Notes: a model not told the origin generated them from the letters alone. Shown: positions 1 through 9,400, numbered from the stretch's first letter. The stretch: 54,456 nucleotides of DNA from a virus (IMGVR_UViG_3300027898_000010:1-54456), one strand, 5' to 3'. Numbers and translations: made by a program.

Positions 1-61
1 CGTTGTCGGATGCGAGCATGCCGCAGATCTGGGCGAGTTTCTGGCGATTGAGCGCCGTCAT
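1..61 (-). CDS. N-terminal part of a small phage protein running off the left edge (MTALNRQKLAQICGMLASDN...)
   Basis: ATG at 61 overlaps the TGA of ORF 58..318 (ATGA coupling); frame is open to position 1. Confidence 0.55.
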   Translation of the reverse strand, partial: MTALNRQKLAQICGMLASDN

Positions 62-318
62 GCGTGCCCTACCCAATCCGACAACACGTCGTAGCGGAAT
101 AGCCGAAGCTCGGCGCCATGCCGGATGGGGCGCCAGCCATAGTGGATGAGGTACATGACTGCGTCCCAGCCGTACAAAATGCCGTCACCCGTGTCGGCCT
201 CCAGCTGGTCCCAATAGATCTCCTTGGGATGCGGACAGCAGAATACGACGACGTAGGGCTTGCGTGGGCGCCGACGGTGATTGACGCGGCGGATTGGCGG
301 GAGTGTACTGTCGAGCAT
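58..318 (-). CDS. Hypothetical protein, 86 aa
   Basis: ORF in the leftward early operon, coupled to the next gene. Confidence 0.6.
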   Translation of the reverse strand: MLDSTLPPIRRVNHRRRPRKPYVVVFCCPHPKEIYWDQLEADTGDGILYGWDAVMYLIHYGWRPIRHGAELRLFRYDVLSDWVGHA

Positions 319-355
319 TGAGGTCTTTCAGGGTCCATCTGTTGAGACTTCATAA

Positions 356-386
356 GAGCCGGCGGTGCTACCAACACCGCCGGCTC
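356..386. terminator. Perfect 12-bp-stem hairpin GAGCCGGCGGTG-ctaccaa-CACCGCCGGCTC; terminator or processing site
   Basis: Intergenic inverted repeat read directly; GTTTTT follows a few nt later on the + strand. Confidence 0.55.
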
Positions 387-394
387 CCGTGTTT

Positions 395-1489
395 TTAACC
401 TACCGCGCGCCGAAGGCGGGTGCGCTCAAGACGATCAAGAGCGAGCCCGAACGGGTCCAGCGTCTGCGCCTGCTCCACCGCGACGTGAACGTGCTGCGGC
501 TGCTGCGGGCGGGCGTGAACCACGCGGGTATGGGTTTCCGCGATCGGGCGCGGCATAGACCCCCGGGCCTCCTCGTCGATACGCTCCGGAGCGCCAGCTG
601 AGATCAGCCCGAGCAACATCAGGAACATCTGCATGATCACGGACGGCAACCCGGCCTCGATGAGATCGGCCTCCTCGTTCTCCAACCCCGTGTAGCGGTG
701 GATAGACCGCACGAAGGGAGACACCTTGCTGGTAACCGGAGGAGCCAGGGCAACCGCGGCGGCAGCAACGTTCAAATCACCCTCGGCCGCGGCCAGCCCC
801 GCCTCGGCCTCCTTGAGCGAGGCCTCGTCCTTGGCACGAGCGGTCAGCGCCGGGATCGCAGCCGAAGCCTCACCAAGCTCCTTGCAGAACTTCGACGTCT
901 TCGGACCCGTGGTGTTGGTGCAGCTATCGGTCATCGCGTAATAGCGATCGGCCTTTGCCGTTTTAACCAACTGCTCGGCAGCCGCCACGGTGGTCACGGG
1001 CCGGTCGCCAACCATGGGCACGGACGCCGCCAGCCCAGCGCGAAGAGCAGCCACGTTCTTCTGCCCGTCGGTCACTTTGGTTTGAGCCTTGTCATGCGTA
1101 GCGCGAGCGTCGGCATACGAGTTGGACTTGGCCGTCGTGGCAGCCGTCACCTGATCGAGATTGCTGGTTGCCGAATTGAAGGTGGCAAAGCTCGACAGCA
1201 CGAGCCCGAGAACACCAACGGTTCCAGCCAACGCGGACAGGCCGAAGTTGCCGTGCCGCCATTCGTGAACGGCCTTCTTGACAGCGCCGAACTCGACGCA
1301 GACCACGGCGATGGCGAAGAATGCCCAGGAGAGCCGGTATGGCAGCGTGGCTCCGCGAGCCCAACCGTTTGTAACGCCAAGCAAAAGCGCGACGGCGAAC
1401 GTGATGGCGAGGGCCACGATAAGCGACTTGTCAGCCAAACGCTGAATCGTCTCCGCCACCGATGGGCGGGTATTGGCATGGGGGTGCAT
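395..1489 (-). CDS. Membrane protein: three N-terminal TM segments, Ala-rich coiled-coil region with a Cys pair, C-terminal TM segment
   Basis: Hydrophobic runs (LIVALAITFAVALLLG; WAFFAIAVVCV; LAGTVGVLGLVLS; VIMQMFLMLLGLIS); GGAG upstream of ATG. Confidence 0.75.
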   Translation of the reverse strand: MHPHANTRPSVAETIQRLADKSLIVALAITFAVALLLGVTNGWARGATLPYRLSWAFFAIAVVCVEFGAVKKAVHEWRHGNFGLSALAGTVGVLGLVLSSFATFNSATSNLDQVTAATTAKSNSYADARATHDKAQTKVTDGQKNVAALRAGLAASVPMVGDRPVTTVAAAEQLVKTAKADRYYAMTDSCTNTTGPKTSKFCKELGEASAAIPALTARAKDEASLKEAEAGLAAAEGDLNVAAAAVALAPPVTSKVSPFVRSIHRYTGLENEEADLIEAGLPSVIMQMFLMLLGLISAGAPERIDEEARGSMPRPIAETHTRVVHARPQQPQHVHVAVEQAQTLDPFGLALDRLERTRLRRAVG

Positions 1490-1569
1490 AAGGGTGCTCC
1501 GAGACAGAAAACGACCGCCTTGTACGCAACCCAGACCCCCACACGGGGCAACGCGGGAACGAAACTGTG

Positions 1570-1854
1570 TTAGGCGCTCGCGACGGCAGATCCTCTGCCG
1601 GTGCGGCGCTGATGCATTTCCCGACGACGAGCGCGGCCTTCAGGATCGCGGAGCGCGGCGTCGTTCGCAGCTAGGATGTCTGCCGGCCGGATCTTCGCCA
1701 GCCGCTGGACCAGCGTGATGTGCTCAGTCGGGATGCCGTACTGCCGCCATTTACGGACAGCACCAGCAGAGACAGGATCGCCCGTTGCCTGCGTGGCGTT
1801 GGAGATCACGTCCAGCCCAATACCGTCAATGATTTCACGCAAGGTTCGTTTCAA
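1570..1854 (-). CDS. Cro-like HTH regulator
   Basis: VSAGAVRKWRQYGIPTEH is a Cro-type recognition helix; TTG at 1854 with GGAGG upstream; divergent from the repressor. Confidence 0.75.
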   Translation of the reverse strand: MKRTLREIIDGIGLDVISNATQATGDPVSAGAVRKWRQYGIPTEHITLVQRLAKIRPADILAANDAALRDPEGRARRREMHQRRTGRGSAVASA

Positions 1855-1895
1855 GTTGGGCCTCCATAAGAATGGAATATCGTCGTTGAAAATCA

Positions 1896-1924
1896 GTTCT
1901 ATGGAAGTTAGTTCCACTTTTCAA
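1896..1924 (-). promoter_or_regulatory. Leftward (cro) promoter TTGAAA-17-TAGAAC with operator TGGAA-GTTAG-TTCCA (1902-1916) in the spacer
   Basis: Read directly; the operator lies between -35 and -10. Confidence 0.65.
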
Positions 1925-2012
1925 GCCCTAATCTTCCACTGGTGCTCAAAGGCATCGCGAGTGCAAATAGCGCACAAAGTCCACACCCGTTAGTCCTTGG
2001 GACAATCATCCG

Positions 2013-2670
2013 ATGACGACGCAAAAAACGCAAACCTGCATCCAAAAAGCACTGGTCGCAGCGGCTCGATGAGAAGCGGCGCGAAAATGGCTGGGGATGG
2101 CGCGAATTAGCCCGTCGCGCGGGCGTTCCACACGAGGCGCTATACAAGTGGTCGCGCGGGGATATTGAGAATCCCGAGGCAGATCGACTGGAAAAAGTTG
2201 CCGCCATACTAGGCGTTTCCAGACTTTGGCTCCTTCACGGTATTGATGTTGTTCCAAATGAAGCGTACGACTTCCGCCTTCGTCGTATTCCACTTTTGCA
2301 AATTTCGGACGTGGGGAACATGCTGGACCAGGCGGGATGGAGCGGGCCGACAGTTGTAGCGCCTGACGAGGTTGGTCCCGCTGCATTTGCGCTGGTAGTA
2401 CCGGATCACGCCCTCCAACCGGACGGTATTTTACCCGGCGATATCATAGTGATAGATCCCGATATTGCGCCAATGCCCGGCAAGCCGGTGGCGGCCCTCG
2501 TAGGCAATCCCCAGCGAGCCGTGCTGCGGAAGCTCCGGCAGCTTGTCGCCGACAGCATGGACGGCGCGGAACTAACGGCCAGTCATCCTGACTACGCGAC
2601 GGAAACCATCAAGAAGAAGCGCGGCGACATGATCGTCGGGGCCGCTACCCATCACATTCGACGCCTGTAA
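2013..2670 (+). pseudogene. CI-like repressor (XRE HTH + S24/LexA-type C-terminal domain), frameshifted near the start
   Basis: Frame from 2029 reads RKPASKKHWSQRLDEKRRENGWGWRELARRAGVPHEALYKWSRGDIENP...ILGVSRLWLLHG then FALVVPDHALQPDGILPGDIIVIDP. It has an in-frame TGA at 2014-2016 and no start before the HTH. ATG 2013 is one base out of frame across AAAAAA (2023-2028). Confidence 0.75.
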
Positions 2671-2700
2671 CCGCTCCGGAACGCCGCCGGACGCAAAAAG

Positions 2701-2767
2701 TTATCCACAGAATGGAAATATCTTCCACCCTCTCATTGACTGGAATCGAATGTGGAAATATGTTCCA
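2701..2767 (+). promoter_or_regulatory. Rightward early promoter TTGACT(2736)-17-TATGTT with operators at 2713-2727 and 2753-2767 and a TTATCCACA 9-mer at 2701-2709
   Basis: Read directly; upstream of the recombination operon. Confidence 0.7.
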
Positions 2768-2852
2768 CACTCAGGCGGCGGGGTGCTGCTGCGAGGCTGG
2801 CGACGGGTAGAGGGCACGCGCCAGCCTCGCTTTCCACCAAAGGAGCGAGCAC

Positions 2853-3848
2853 ATGGGTCAGCCAGCCACAACGGTTGCAAACGACGACCAGCGGTCTTCT
2901 AGCGACGACTACAAGTACTGGAAAGAGACGCTCGCGGGCCGCAGGCACCCGATGACGGAGACGCCCTCCCCGGGGTTCTACCGGGTTGGGTTTGGCGAGC
3001 ACGAGGGGCAGCCGGTCGCCATCTGGCGGGAGTTGAACAGGACGGTGATGCTCTGCGGAGAGCGCATCATCGACGCCGCCGCGGCCCAAAGCGAGATTTG
3101 GATCAACTGCGCAAAGGGTGCCATCCGAGAGGAGGCCTACGACTTCCGCATGGCCACCGGCAAGTGGGGGGATGAGGTCAGGACGGCCAGCGAAGCTGCT
3201 CCGGCATCGAACATGCCCACCGACCCATTGGAGCGCGCCAAGGTCGACATCGCCGGGCTTGTTGAGAGAGCCGACGAACTGCTCCGCAAGGGCGAACTGA
3301 AGGACCAGACCACTGCGGATACTGCCGCCAACATACGCGACCGCCTGCTCGCGCTCGCCAAGGAGGCCGACGAGTTGCGGAAGGCGGAGAAGCGCCCGCA
3401 CGACGAGGCCGCCCGGCAGGTTCAAGCCAAGTACGTCCCGACCGTTGAGGAGGCAGAGAAGGGCGCGTTTCGGCTTCGCTCAGCCCTTGAGGTCTTCCTG
3501 CGCCAACAGAAGGAAGCTGAACGCCTCCGCGTAGCGGAAGTGGCCCGCATCCGGCGGCAAGAGGAGGAAGCGGCCCGCAAGTTGGCTCCTGACAACGTCG
3601 CCGCGGCAGAGCACGTCATCACGCAACCGCCGCCCGAGGAAAACAAAATCCGCGTCGGAGGCGCCTACGGTAAGCGCACATCACTGAAAGAGAAAACGGT
3701 TGTGCGGATTGACGATCGAGCCGCGGCGCTCTCAGCTTTGAAGGATCACCCACTCATCATCGAGGCGCTGCAGAAAGCGGCCGAACTGATGATCAAGGCC
3801 AAGCTCACGGTCCCGGGCGTCTCCACCTACACCGAAGACAAACTCTAA
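2853..3848 (+). CDS. Conserved coiled-coil phage protein, recombination module
   Basis: AAGGAG RBS; helical AKEADELRKAEKRPHDEAARQVQAKY; immediately upstream of the RecT-like gene. Confidence 0.75.
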   Translation: MGQPATTVANDDQRSSSDDYKYWKETLAGRRHPMTETPSPGFYRVGFGEHEGQPVAIWRELNRTVMLCGERIIDAAAAQSEIWINCAKGAIREEAYDFRMATGKWGDEVRTASEAAPASNMPTDPLERAKVDIAGLVERADELLRKGELKDQTTADTAANIRDRLLALAKEADELRKAEKRPHDEAARQVQAKYVPTVEEAEKGAFRLRSALEVFLRQQKEAERLRVAEVARIRRQEEEAARKLAPDNVAAAEHVITQPPPEENKIRVGGAYGKRTSLKEKTVVRIDDRAAALSALKDHPLIIEALQKAAELMIKAKLTVPGVSTYTEDKL

Positions 3849-3882
3849 GGCACGGCAACCCCAAACCAGCACGGAGCACACC

Positions 3883-4893
3883 ATGCACGAACAGGCCAAC
3901 CTTACCCCAGCGCTGCGGGAGCCACCGCAGGCGGTCATCGCGCACCCGCGCATGTCCAGCAACACGGTGATCCCGATCTATGACCCGACGCGCTTTGCGC
4001 ACATGAAGGAGATCGCCATGATGATGGCGGGTGCTCCCCTGGTGCCGGACCACCTGCGATCAGGCAGCCAGACGCAAGCGATGAGCAACTGCTTCATGGT
4101 CGTCAACCAAGCCTACAATTGGGGCATGGACCCATTTGCGGTCGCGCAATCCACCTTCGTGACCAAGGGCAAGATTGGGTTTGACGGGAAGTTGATCAGC
4201 GCGGTCATCACCGCCAAGACGGGCATCGAGCTTCAATATAACTTCTTCGGAAAAGAGGGTACGCCGGGGCGCGGGGTGGTCGCCACCGACGGGCGCCGTG
4301 AGGTTAAGGGCACGGTCGATGAATGGCGCACGCCGAACTCGATGTGGGACAAGCAGCCTGACGACCAGTTGATCTACCGGGCATCGCGCCAATGGGCTCG
4401 CCGGTACGCTCCAGGCGTTATGCTCGGGGTCTACTCGAATGACGAGGTCGAGGCATTCCGAGGCGAGGCGGCGCGCGATATCACGCCGGCAGCCAGAGCA
4501 CTCCCCGAGCCTGAAGCGCGGACGGCACCAGCACAAGAACTGCTTCCGCCAGAGCCTAAGAAGGCGGCCGCAAAAACGGCAACCAAGGCCGCAGCAAAGG
4601 CCCCCGAGAAGGCCCCCGAGCCGGAAGCAATGGCCGATAGCGAAAATCCTGAACCCGGGGCCACAGAGCCGGAAGATCATCCTGCCGGAGACACGATGCT
4701 GACGGCGGATGCTGCGGAAGAATTTCTGATGCGCTTCGAGGATCAGCTTCAAGCTTGCGCCGATAAGCCCTCGGTCCTGGCGCTTCTGAATGCCAATAGC
4801 GGGTTCATTTCCAGCCGCCTGAACGACGAGCATACGAAGCGCGCCCAAGGGGCCGCATCGCGCCACCTGAAGCGAACGCGGGCAGGTACCTGA
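3883..4893 (+). CDS. recT: RecT-family ssDNA annealing protein
   Basis: NCFMVVNQAYNWGMDPFAVAQ...WDKQPDDQLIYRASRQWARRYAPGVMLGVYSNDE motifs followed by an acidic/Pro-rich tail. Confidence 0.75.
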   Translation: MHEQANLTPALREPPQAVIAHPRMSSNTVIPIYDPTRFAHMKEIAMMMAGAPLVPDHLRSGSQTQAMSNCFMVVNQAYNWGMDPFAVAQSTFVTKGKIGFDGKLISAVITAKTGIELQYNFFGKEGTPGRGVVATDGRREVKGTVDEWRTPNSMWDKQPDDQLIYRASRQWARRYAPGVMLGVYSNDEVEAFRGEAARDITPAARALPEPEARTAPAQELLPPEPKKAAAKTATKAAAKAPEKAPEPEAMADSENPEPGATEPEDHPAGDTMLTADAAEEFLMRFEDQLQACADKPSVLALLNANSGFISSRLNDEHTKRAQGAASRHLKRTRAGT

Positions 4894-4895
4894 CG

Positions 4896-5390
4896 ATGAG
4901 AGTTGCGAGCGAGCATCATTGCCGGTGCTGCGGGGCTGATGAGGCCTTCGCGACATCAGACAAGCCTCGCTCGCACCCTCACACCGCGAGATTTTTCGTG
5001 AAGCTAAAGCTCTTGTTTTCCAATTGGCCAGCTTTCAACTCCGAGACTGGAGAGCTCATCCAATTCCAGCCAGATGATCCGGTCCAGATGAGAAAAAAGC
5101 TACAGATACTAGCGGGTTACGACCAAGTGGCGCGGATCACGATCGCGGAGACAGCGGCCGTTGCCGCGTCGGTGATTGCCACCCGGGAAGCGCTGCGGGT
5201 GCTTGGCGAGTACGGAGAGATCGAGGTCGATGGCAACGTCATCACCATCCGCAGATCGAAGTCGATCCGATACGAGGCGATGGGCGCAAAAGCGTTCACG
5301 AAACTAGACCAGACCATCAATGAGGTTGCGTACGCGATGACGGGAATCGACCCGGAAGAACTGATCATGACAGGAGCACCAACACGATGA
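4896..5390 (+). CDS. DUF1367/NinB-like protein
   Basis: C-terminal KSIRYEAMGAKAFTKL resembles this family; recombination context. Confidence 0.55.
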   Translation: MRVASEHHCRCCGADEAFATSDKPRSHPHTARFFVKLKLLFSNWPAFNSETGELIQFQPDDPVQMRKKLQILAGYDQVARITIAETAAVAASVIATREALRVLGEYGEIEVDGNVITIRRSKSIRYEAMGAKAFTKLDQTINEVAYAMTGIDPEELIMTGAPTR

Positions 5391-5719
5391 GCAAGCCTTT
5401 TTCAGACGTACTCAGGGAAATCCAGGACGGCGGATTCGTCGATGAGCTAACACAGAAACTTTACGAAATGGTCCAGGCGGTTCGCGAGGTCCGCAAGCCG
5501 GGCGTCATGACCATCAAGCTCGGCTTCGAGCCGACGGGCAAGGGCACCATCACGCTCCACACGAAAGTGGAGGTCAAGGTACCCCAGCATGAAAATATCC
5601 CGACAACCTTCTTTCTGACGCCGGAGAACACGCTGCTGCGCGACGACCCGCTGCAGGAAAAGCTGCCGCTGCGCGCGGTGGAGGATCGGTCCGAACCACT
5701 TCGAACGGTCGGCCAGTAG
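5387..5719 (+). CDS. Conserved phage protein (usual upstream partner of DUF2303)
   Basis: FSDVLREIQDGGFVDEL...KPGVMTIKL...FFLTPENTLLRDDP; ATGA coupling. Confidence 0.75.
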   Translation: MSKPFSDVLREIQDGGFVDELTQKLYEMVQAVREVRKPGVMTIKLGFEPTGKGTITLHTKVEVKVPQHENIPTTFFLTPENTLLRDDPLQEKLPLRAVEDRSEPLRTVGQ

Positions 5720-5755
5720 GGCGTCCACGACAACCATGGGAGCCAGGAGCACACG

Positions 5756-6604
5756 ATGATTGACGAAACGAAATTGACGCTGACTTCAGCTTACGATGCC
5801 GGTAGAGAGCAGGGGGTGCTCCGGCCAGAAGTGACGGACATTCCCAACGGGCGTGTGGGCATGCTCGTCCCCAATACGCACGAACTCCAGATCATCCGGG
5901 ATGACGTATACGAACTGCCACTGAAACGCATCGACCAGCGCGTATCCTTGCACGATCGCGACAGCTTCATCGCCTATGTCAACCGCTACAAATCGACCAA
6001 GACACGGATCTTCGCCGAAGCCGGTTTCCTGCGCTCCGACGGAAAAGCGCGGGTGATCGCGGTCTTCGACTATCACCTGAATAGCGATGAACCCCAGCGC
6101 TGGAAGCACGTCGCCACCTACTCACCGCGCTACTCCGATACGTGGGAGCGTTGGGAGACGCTCTGCGAGAACCCGATCAAGCAGGCAGAGCTTGCTGAGA
6201 TTATCGAGGAAAACCGGGTCGACATCGTGGACCCGAGCGCTGCGAGCCTTCTCGACATCATCAAGACTTTCAAGGCCAGCCGGAAGGTGGAGTTCAACTC
6301 GCTCACCTACCAGCCCGACGGCGGCGTGATCCTGAACTACTCGGAACAGGCCAACGCCAGCGGGCAATCGACGGTGATGCCGGAGAAGATCCAGGTCGGA
6401 ATGCCGGTCTACTTCCGCGGCACGAAATACGCGGTCGACGTCTGGGTCCGCTACCGCGTCGGCGGAGGCGGCGTCACATTTCAGCTGAAGCGCGACCGAC
6501 CCGACGTCATCGAAGACGAGGCCTTCGACGAACTGACGGTCGCCATAACGACGGGAACTGAGATCGAGGTCTACAGCGGCCTGATCGAGGGATCGAGCAC
6601 TTAA
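5756..6604 (+). CDS. DUF2303 (YfdQ-like) protein
   Basis: DRDSFIAYVNRYK, AVFDYH, ELAEIIEENRVDI, SAASLLDI motifs; AGGAG RBS. Confidence 0.85.
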   Translation: MIDETKLTLTSAYDAGREQGVLRPEVTDIPNGRVGMLVPNTHELQIIRDDVYELPLKRIDQRVSLHDRDSFIAYVNRYKSTKTRIFAEAGFLRSDGKARVIAVFDYHLNSDEPQRWKHVATYSPRYSDTWERWETLCENPIKQAELAEIIEENRVDIVDPSAASLLDIIKTFKASRKVEFNSLTYQPDGGVILNYSEQANASGQSTVMPEKIQVGMPVYFRGTKYAVDVWVRYRVGGGGVTFQLKRDRPDVIEDEAFDELTVAITTGTEIEVYSGLIEGSST

Positions 6605-6669
6605 CCACGAGCACGACCCGGCCGCCTGTGTGGGGCGGTCGGGACCAAACTAGAAACAGGGGAACGACG

Positions 6670-7125
6670 ATGAAAACGCCGTTAGTCGGAAAAATTATCG
6701 GGGTGGTCGCCGCGGTCACGGGGATCTCCAAGCTCGAACTTCTAGGGCCATGCCGGAGCGCCAGAATTGTGCCAGCGCGGCAGTTGCTGATGTGGCTCGC
6801 GGTGCGAGAGTACGGGCACGGAATTGCGCCGACCGCTCGCCTCCTCAACCGCGACCACACGACGGTTATCCACGCACTGAATGTTTACCCGGATCGCAAG
6901 GCGCGGTCCCCCGCGCTCCAGCTTTGGGAAGCGCGCTGCCTGGAAATTTTGATCAGCGCAGCTTGTTGCGAGGGCGCCATGACTGGCGTAGATGGCCACG
7001 GACATCGAGCAGAGTTCAGGGCGTGGTGCAAGGCGGGCGACGACGCATTCTGCAAGGACATGCTCGAGGCCGGATACAAGATGACGGTCCAGGCATTGGC
7101 AGGGCGCCAGCGGGTGGCAGCATGA
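6670..7125 (+). CDS. Protein with a DnaA C-terminal (domain IV)-like HTH
   Basis: ELLGPCRSARIVPARQLLMWL...TARLLNRDHTTVIHA carries the RDHTTV signature. Confidence 0.8.
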   Translation: MKTPLVGKIIGVVAAVTGISKLELLGPCRSARIVPARQLLMWLAVREYGHGIAPTARLLNRDHTTVIHALNVYPDRKARSPALQLWEARCLEILISAACCEGAMTGVDGHGHRAEFRAWCKAGDDAFCKDMLEAGYKMTVQALAGRQRVAA

Positions 7126-7394
7126 CGGGCAAAACCGCCGGACCACAAATGCATGCCGGAGTGTGCGCCCATGTCGTCCGGCACTCGATCGAGGCCGCGC
7201 TGATGGCTTTATCAGCCGGTCCCGACATCAGGCCGCTCATGTCGGCCAGCCTTCTCCTCTCTCAGGCGCTGGCGGAGATCAACACCTTCATCCGGGACGA
7301 TGATCCGGCTGAGCCAGAGGGCCGCGATGAACCGACCGACTACACAAAACCAATCGACGATTATTCACTGTTTCCGAAGCCGCCCCATGGATAA
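7122..7394 (+). CDS. Hypothetical protein
   Basis: ATGA coupling to the previous gene. Confidence 0.6.
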   Translation: MTGKTAGPQMHAGVCAHVVRHSIEAALMALSAGPDIRPLMSASLLLSQALAEINTFIRDDDPAEPEGRDEPTDYTKPIDDYSLFPKPPHG

Positions 7395-7509
7395 GCTGCT
7401 CACGGTCGCAGAGGTGCGCGAAAAACTGCCGCTCAAGATCAGTGAGCGGGCCTTGCGCCAAAGGTTGCGCGCAAGCGGGGTTGCCATCGAGCATAGTGCC
7501 CTGGCGTGA
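7387..7509 (+). pseudogene. Excisionase-like HTH, apparently truncated (40 aa)
   Basis: MDKLLTVAEVREKLPLKISERALRQRLRASG begins like an Xis/HTH_17 protein and stops early. Confidence 0.45.
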
Positions 7510-7671
7510 TTTGAGTTTGACCGCAGAACAAGCCTTGGCCACTCCGGCAATGGACGGCTGGGCGAGGCGATCAGCGTACCAGCCGCGAAGCGAAGGCGGC
7601 CTCGGACCTAGAAACACTGCACGCGGCGCCAAGGTTGGCAGACCGCGTGGGAAATGAGGAGCCAGCGATAG

Positions 7672-7899
7672 GTGTCTCGCAGATTAGAAGCGCGCAGAAC
7701 TCACGGCTCATTCGCTGATCTCGTGGGAGGCCGAGCTGTCGTCATTGACGCGACGTGTGAGCGATGCGGTATCAAGATCGGAAGCAAAAAACGTTACTGC
7801 GCTCCATGTGCTGCTGATCGTTACGAAGAGACGGTGGCCGCGAATAAGGCCAAGTACAAAGCGCAGCGCGAAGCTGCAAAACGAACTGCAAAAGGATGA
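7672..7899 (+). CDS. Small Zn-finger protein
   Basis: CERC...YCAPC; GAGGAG upstream; coupled to the next gene. Confidence 0.6.
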   Translation: MSRRLEARRTHGSFADLVGGRAVVIDATCERCGIKIGSKKRYCAPCAADRYEETVAANKAKYKAQREAAKRTAKG

Positions 7900-8141
7900 G
7901 GCCGCAAATGCAGTTGATGTGCTGCGAGCAAGTGATTGAGAACGAGATCAAGCATGGCGTGCGGCGCAAGGATGTGGCCATAACGTACGCGATGACGGTG
8001 CGATCCGAGGCCATGGGGCGCAAGACGAATTGGAAGCGGATCAACGCGGCCATACTCGCGAAGTGGGGCAGGCGCGGGCTGATGGCTGTCAAGAACCGTG
8101 CGCATGGAATTTTGGAAGGCCGGATAGACCCGTCGTCATAG
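7896..8141 (+). CDS. Hypothetical basic protein
   Basis: ATGA coupling, AAAGG upstream. Confidence 0.65.
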   Translation: MRPQMQLMCCEQVIENEIKHGVRRKDVAITYAMTVRSEAMGRKTNWKRINAAILAKWGRRGLMAVKNRAHGILEGRIDPSS

Positions 8142-8153
8142 GAGGAGCCAACC

Positions 8154-8426
8154 GTGGCCGATCTTCGAGACATGACGCATGATGAGGCGGAGCGGCAAAG
8201 GCATCGCAGCCATGAACGCCGCGATGCGGAATGTCATCAGTGCCCGTACTGCGATGCGTTGTCCGGCGTATCGTCGGGCACTCCTGACCCGGCCGTGCTG
8301 CGCTGTCACGATTGCGGGAGGAGCGTTGCCTTGGCCGACAGCGAGACGGTGTTGCGCTCGAGACGGACGAGGATTGGTCGGATCTCGCGCGTGACGTCAT
8401 CGCCGGTCTCAATAGCGATGTTCTGA
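8154..8426 (+). CDS. Small Zn-ribbon protein
   Basis: AGGAGG RBS, GTG start, CPYC...CHDC. Confidence 0.6.
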   Translation: MADLRDMTHDEAERQRHRSHERRDAECHQCPYCDALSGVSSGTPDPAVLRCHDCGRSVALADSETVLRSRRTRIGRISRVTSSPVSIAMF

Positions 8427-8603
8427 CCGACGCCAGGTTCGTGACGAACGCCAAGGCACAATGAGGCTTCTACAGCGGCTTAGGCGCCGGCTTCCACAGC
8501 AAGCTCGTCAGCGTGGCGTCAGGTGCCGTCCGGCCGTGGAGACTGGCGACGATTGATCCGCCCAAATAGGCTGCCGCGCACATCACGATGACGCGCCCGC
8601 CGA

Positions 8604-8867
8604 TCACCACCCAAGGAGTTTTAGAACGGCCTCGACCTTGGCCGCGAGCAGGCACAGCACCACACCCGCACCGATCGTGTACTTCGCTTCCCCCGTGTCC
8701 GTATCCCCCTCTTCGAGTTGGGGAAGGATCGATGACGACGCGGGGCTCGGATGATGCCCTAGGTGAATGTGCAGGTCCCGACCGACATGCAGCCGAATAT
8801 TCACGCGCTCTCGCCAAGATGGCCGGGGCGTCGGCAATGAGGCTGGAAAGTCGGGAAGCTCTGTCAT
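8604..8867 (-). CDS. Small protein with C-terminal TM segment (holin candidate, uncertain)
   Basis: YTIGAGVVLCLLAAKVEAVLKLLGW; at the end of the late operon; a competing frame 8470..8880 exists. Confidence 0.4.
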   Translation of the reverse strand: MTELPDFPASLPTPRPSWRERVNIRLHVGRDLHIHLGHHPSPASSSILPQLEEGDTDTGEAKYTIGAGVVLCLLAAKVEAVLKLLGW

Positions 8868-8896
8868 TGATCATGGTCATCCGACATCTAGCCTCC

Positions 8897-9400
8897 TTAC
8901 GGGGCGATCGTTTTTAGGAACGTGTCGATCGGGTCAACGGGAGCCGGTGCGGGTGCCTTCTTGTGAGCGCGCCGCAGCACGGGGGGAGCCACCACCGGAG
9001 CCGGATCTGGGGCCGGAGCGACGATCGACGCCGGAGGCTGCTGGGGATCAAGCTTTCCGATCGCTGTCTGCACAAGGCCCTGCGTCTGCGAGCCCTGGTC
9101 CAGTAGGACCTGTAGCTTCGCAATGATCGCGTCAAAGTGAGCGTCCGAAATCGGAGGCGGGATCGCCTTGACTTCCTCGTGCGGCGCGGAAACGCTGGCC
9201 TTTACATGCCTCGAAAAGGCGTAATCGAAATACGCATCGACAGCCCAGGCGATCGATGCGAAGCCGAGAAACACAGCGAGGGCCTGGGCAACCCATTTGG
9301 GCATGGCGGCTGCAATCTTGACGCCCATGCCCGAGAGCCAGCCTGTGACAACGCCAGCGACGGTCGCCGTGGACGGCGGAACCTGGGTGGGATCGCTCAC
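8897..9400 (-). CDS. Membrane protein with Pro-rich C-terminus
   Basis: GTG at 9400 overlaps the upstream stop; AAGGAG RBS; TM segment WVAQALAVFLGFASIAWAV. Confidence 0.65.
   Translation of the reverse strand: MSDPTQVPPSTATVAGVVTGWLSGMGVKIAAAMPKWVAQALAVFLGFASIAWAVDAYFDYAFSRHVKASVSAPHEEVKAIPPPISDAHFDAIIAKLQVLLDQGSQTQGLVQTAIGKLDPQQPPASIVAPAPDPAPVVAPPVLRRAHKKAPAPAPVDPIDTFLKTIAP

Noticed and set aside
698-1573. Long opposite-strand ORFs (also 4060-4956, 19373-20149, 30343-31365, 36191-37261)
   Set aside because: Antisense shadows of GC-rich genes; no motifs, promoter or convincing RBS.
2296-2670. 124-aa ORF as a stand-alone gene
   Set aside because: It is the C-terminal domain of the frameshifted repressor; the HTH lies upstream in the same frame.
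2014-8866. Genome-wide stop-codon reassignment (suggested by TGA at 2014 and 8864)
   Set aside because: Many genes end cleanly in TGA or TAG with coupled starts, and core genes are uninterrupted in the standard code.
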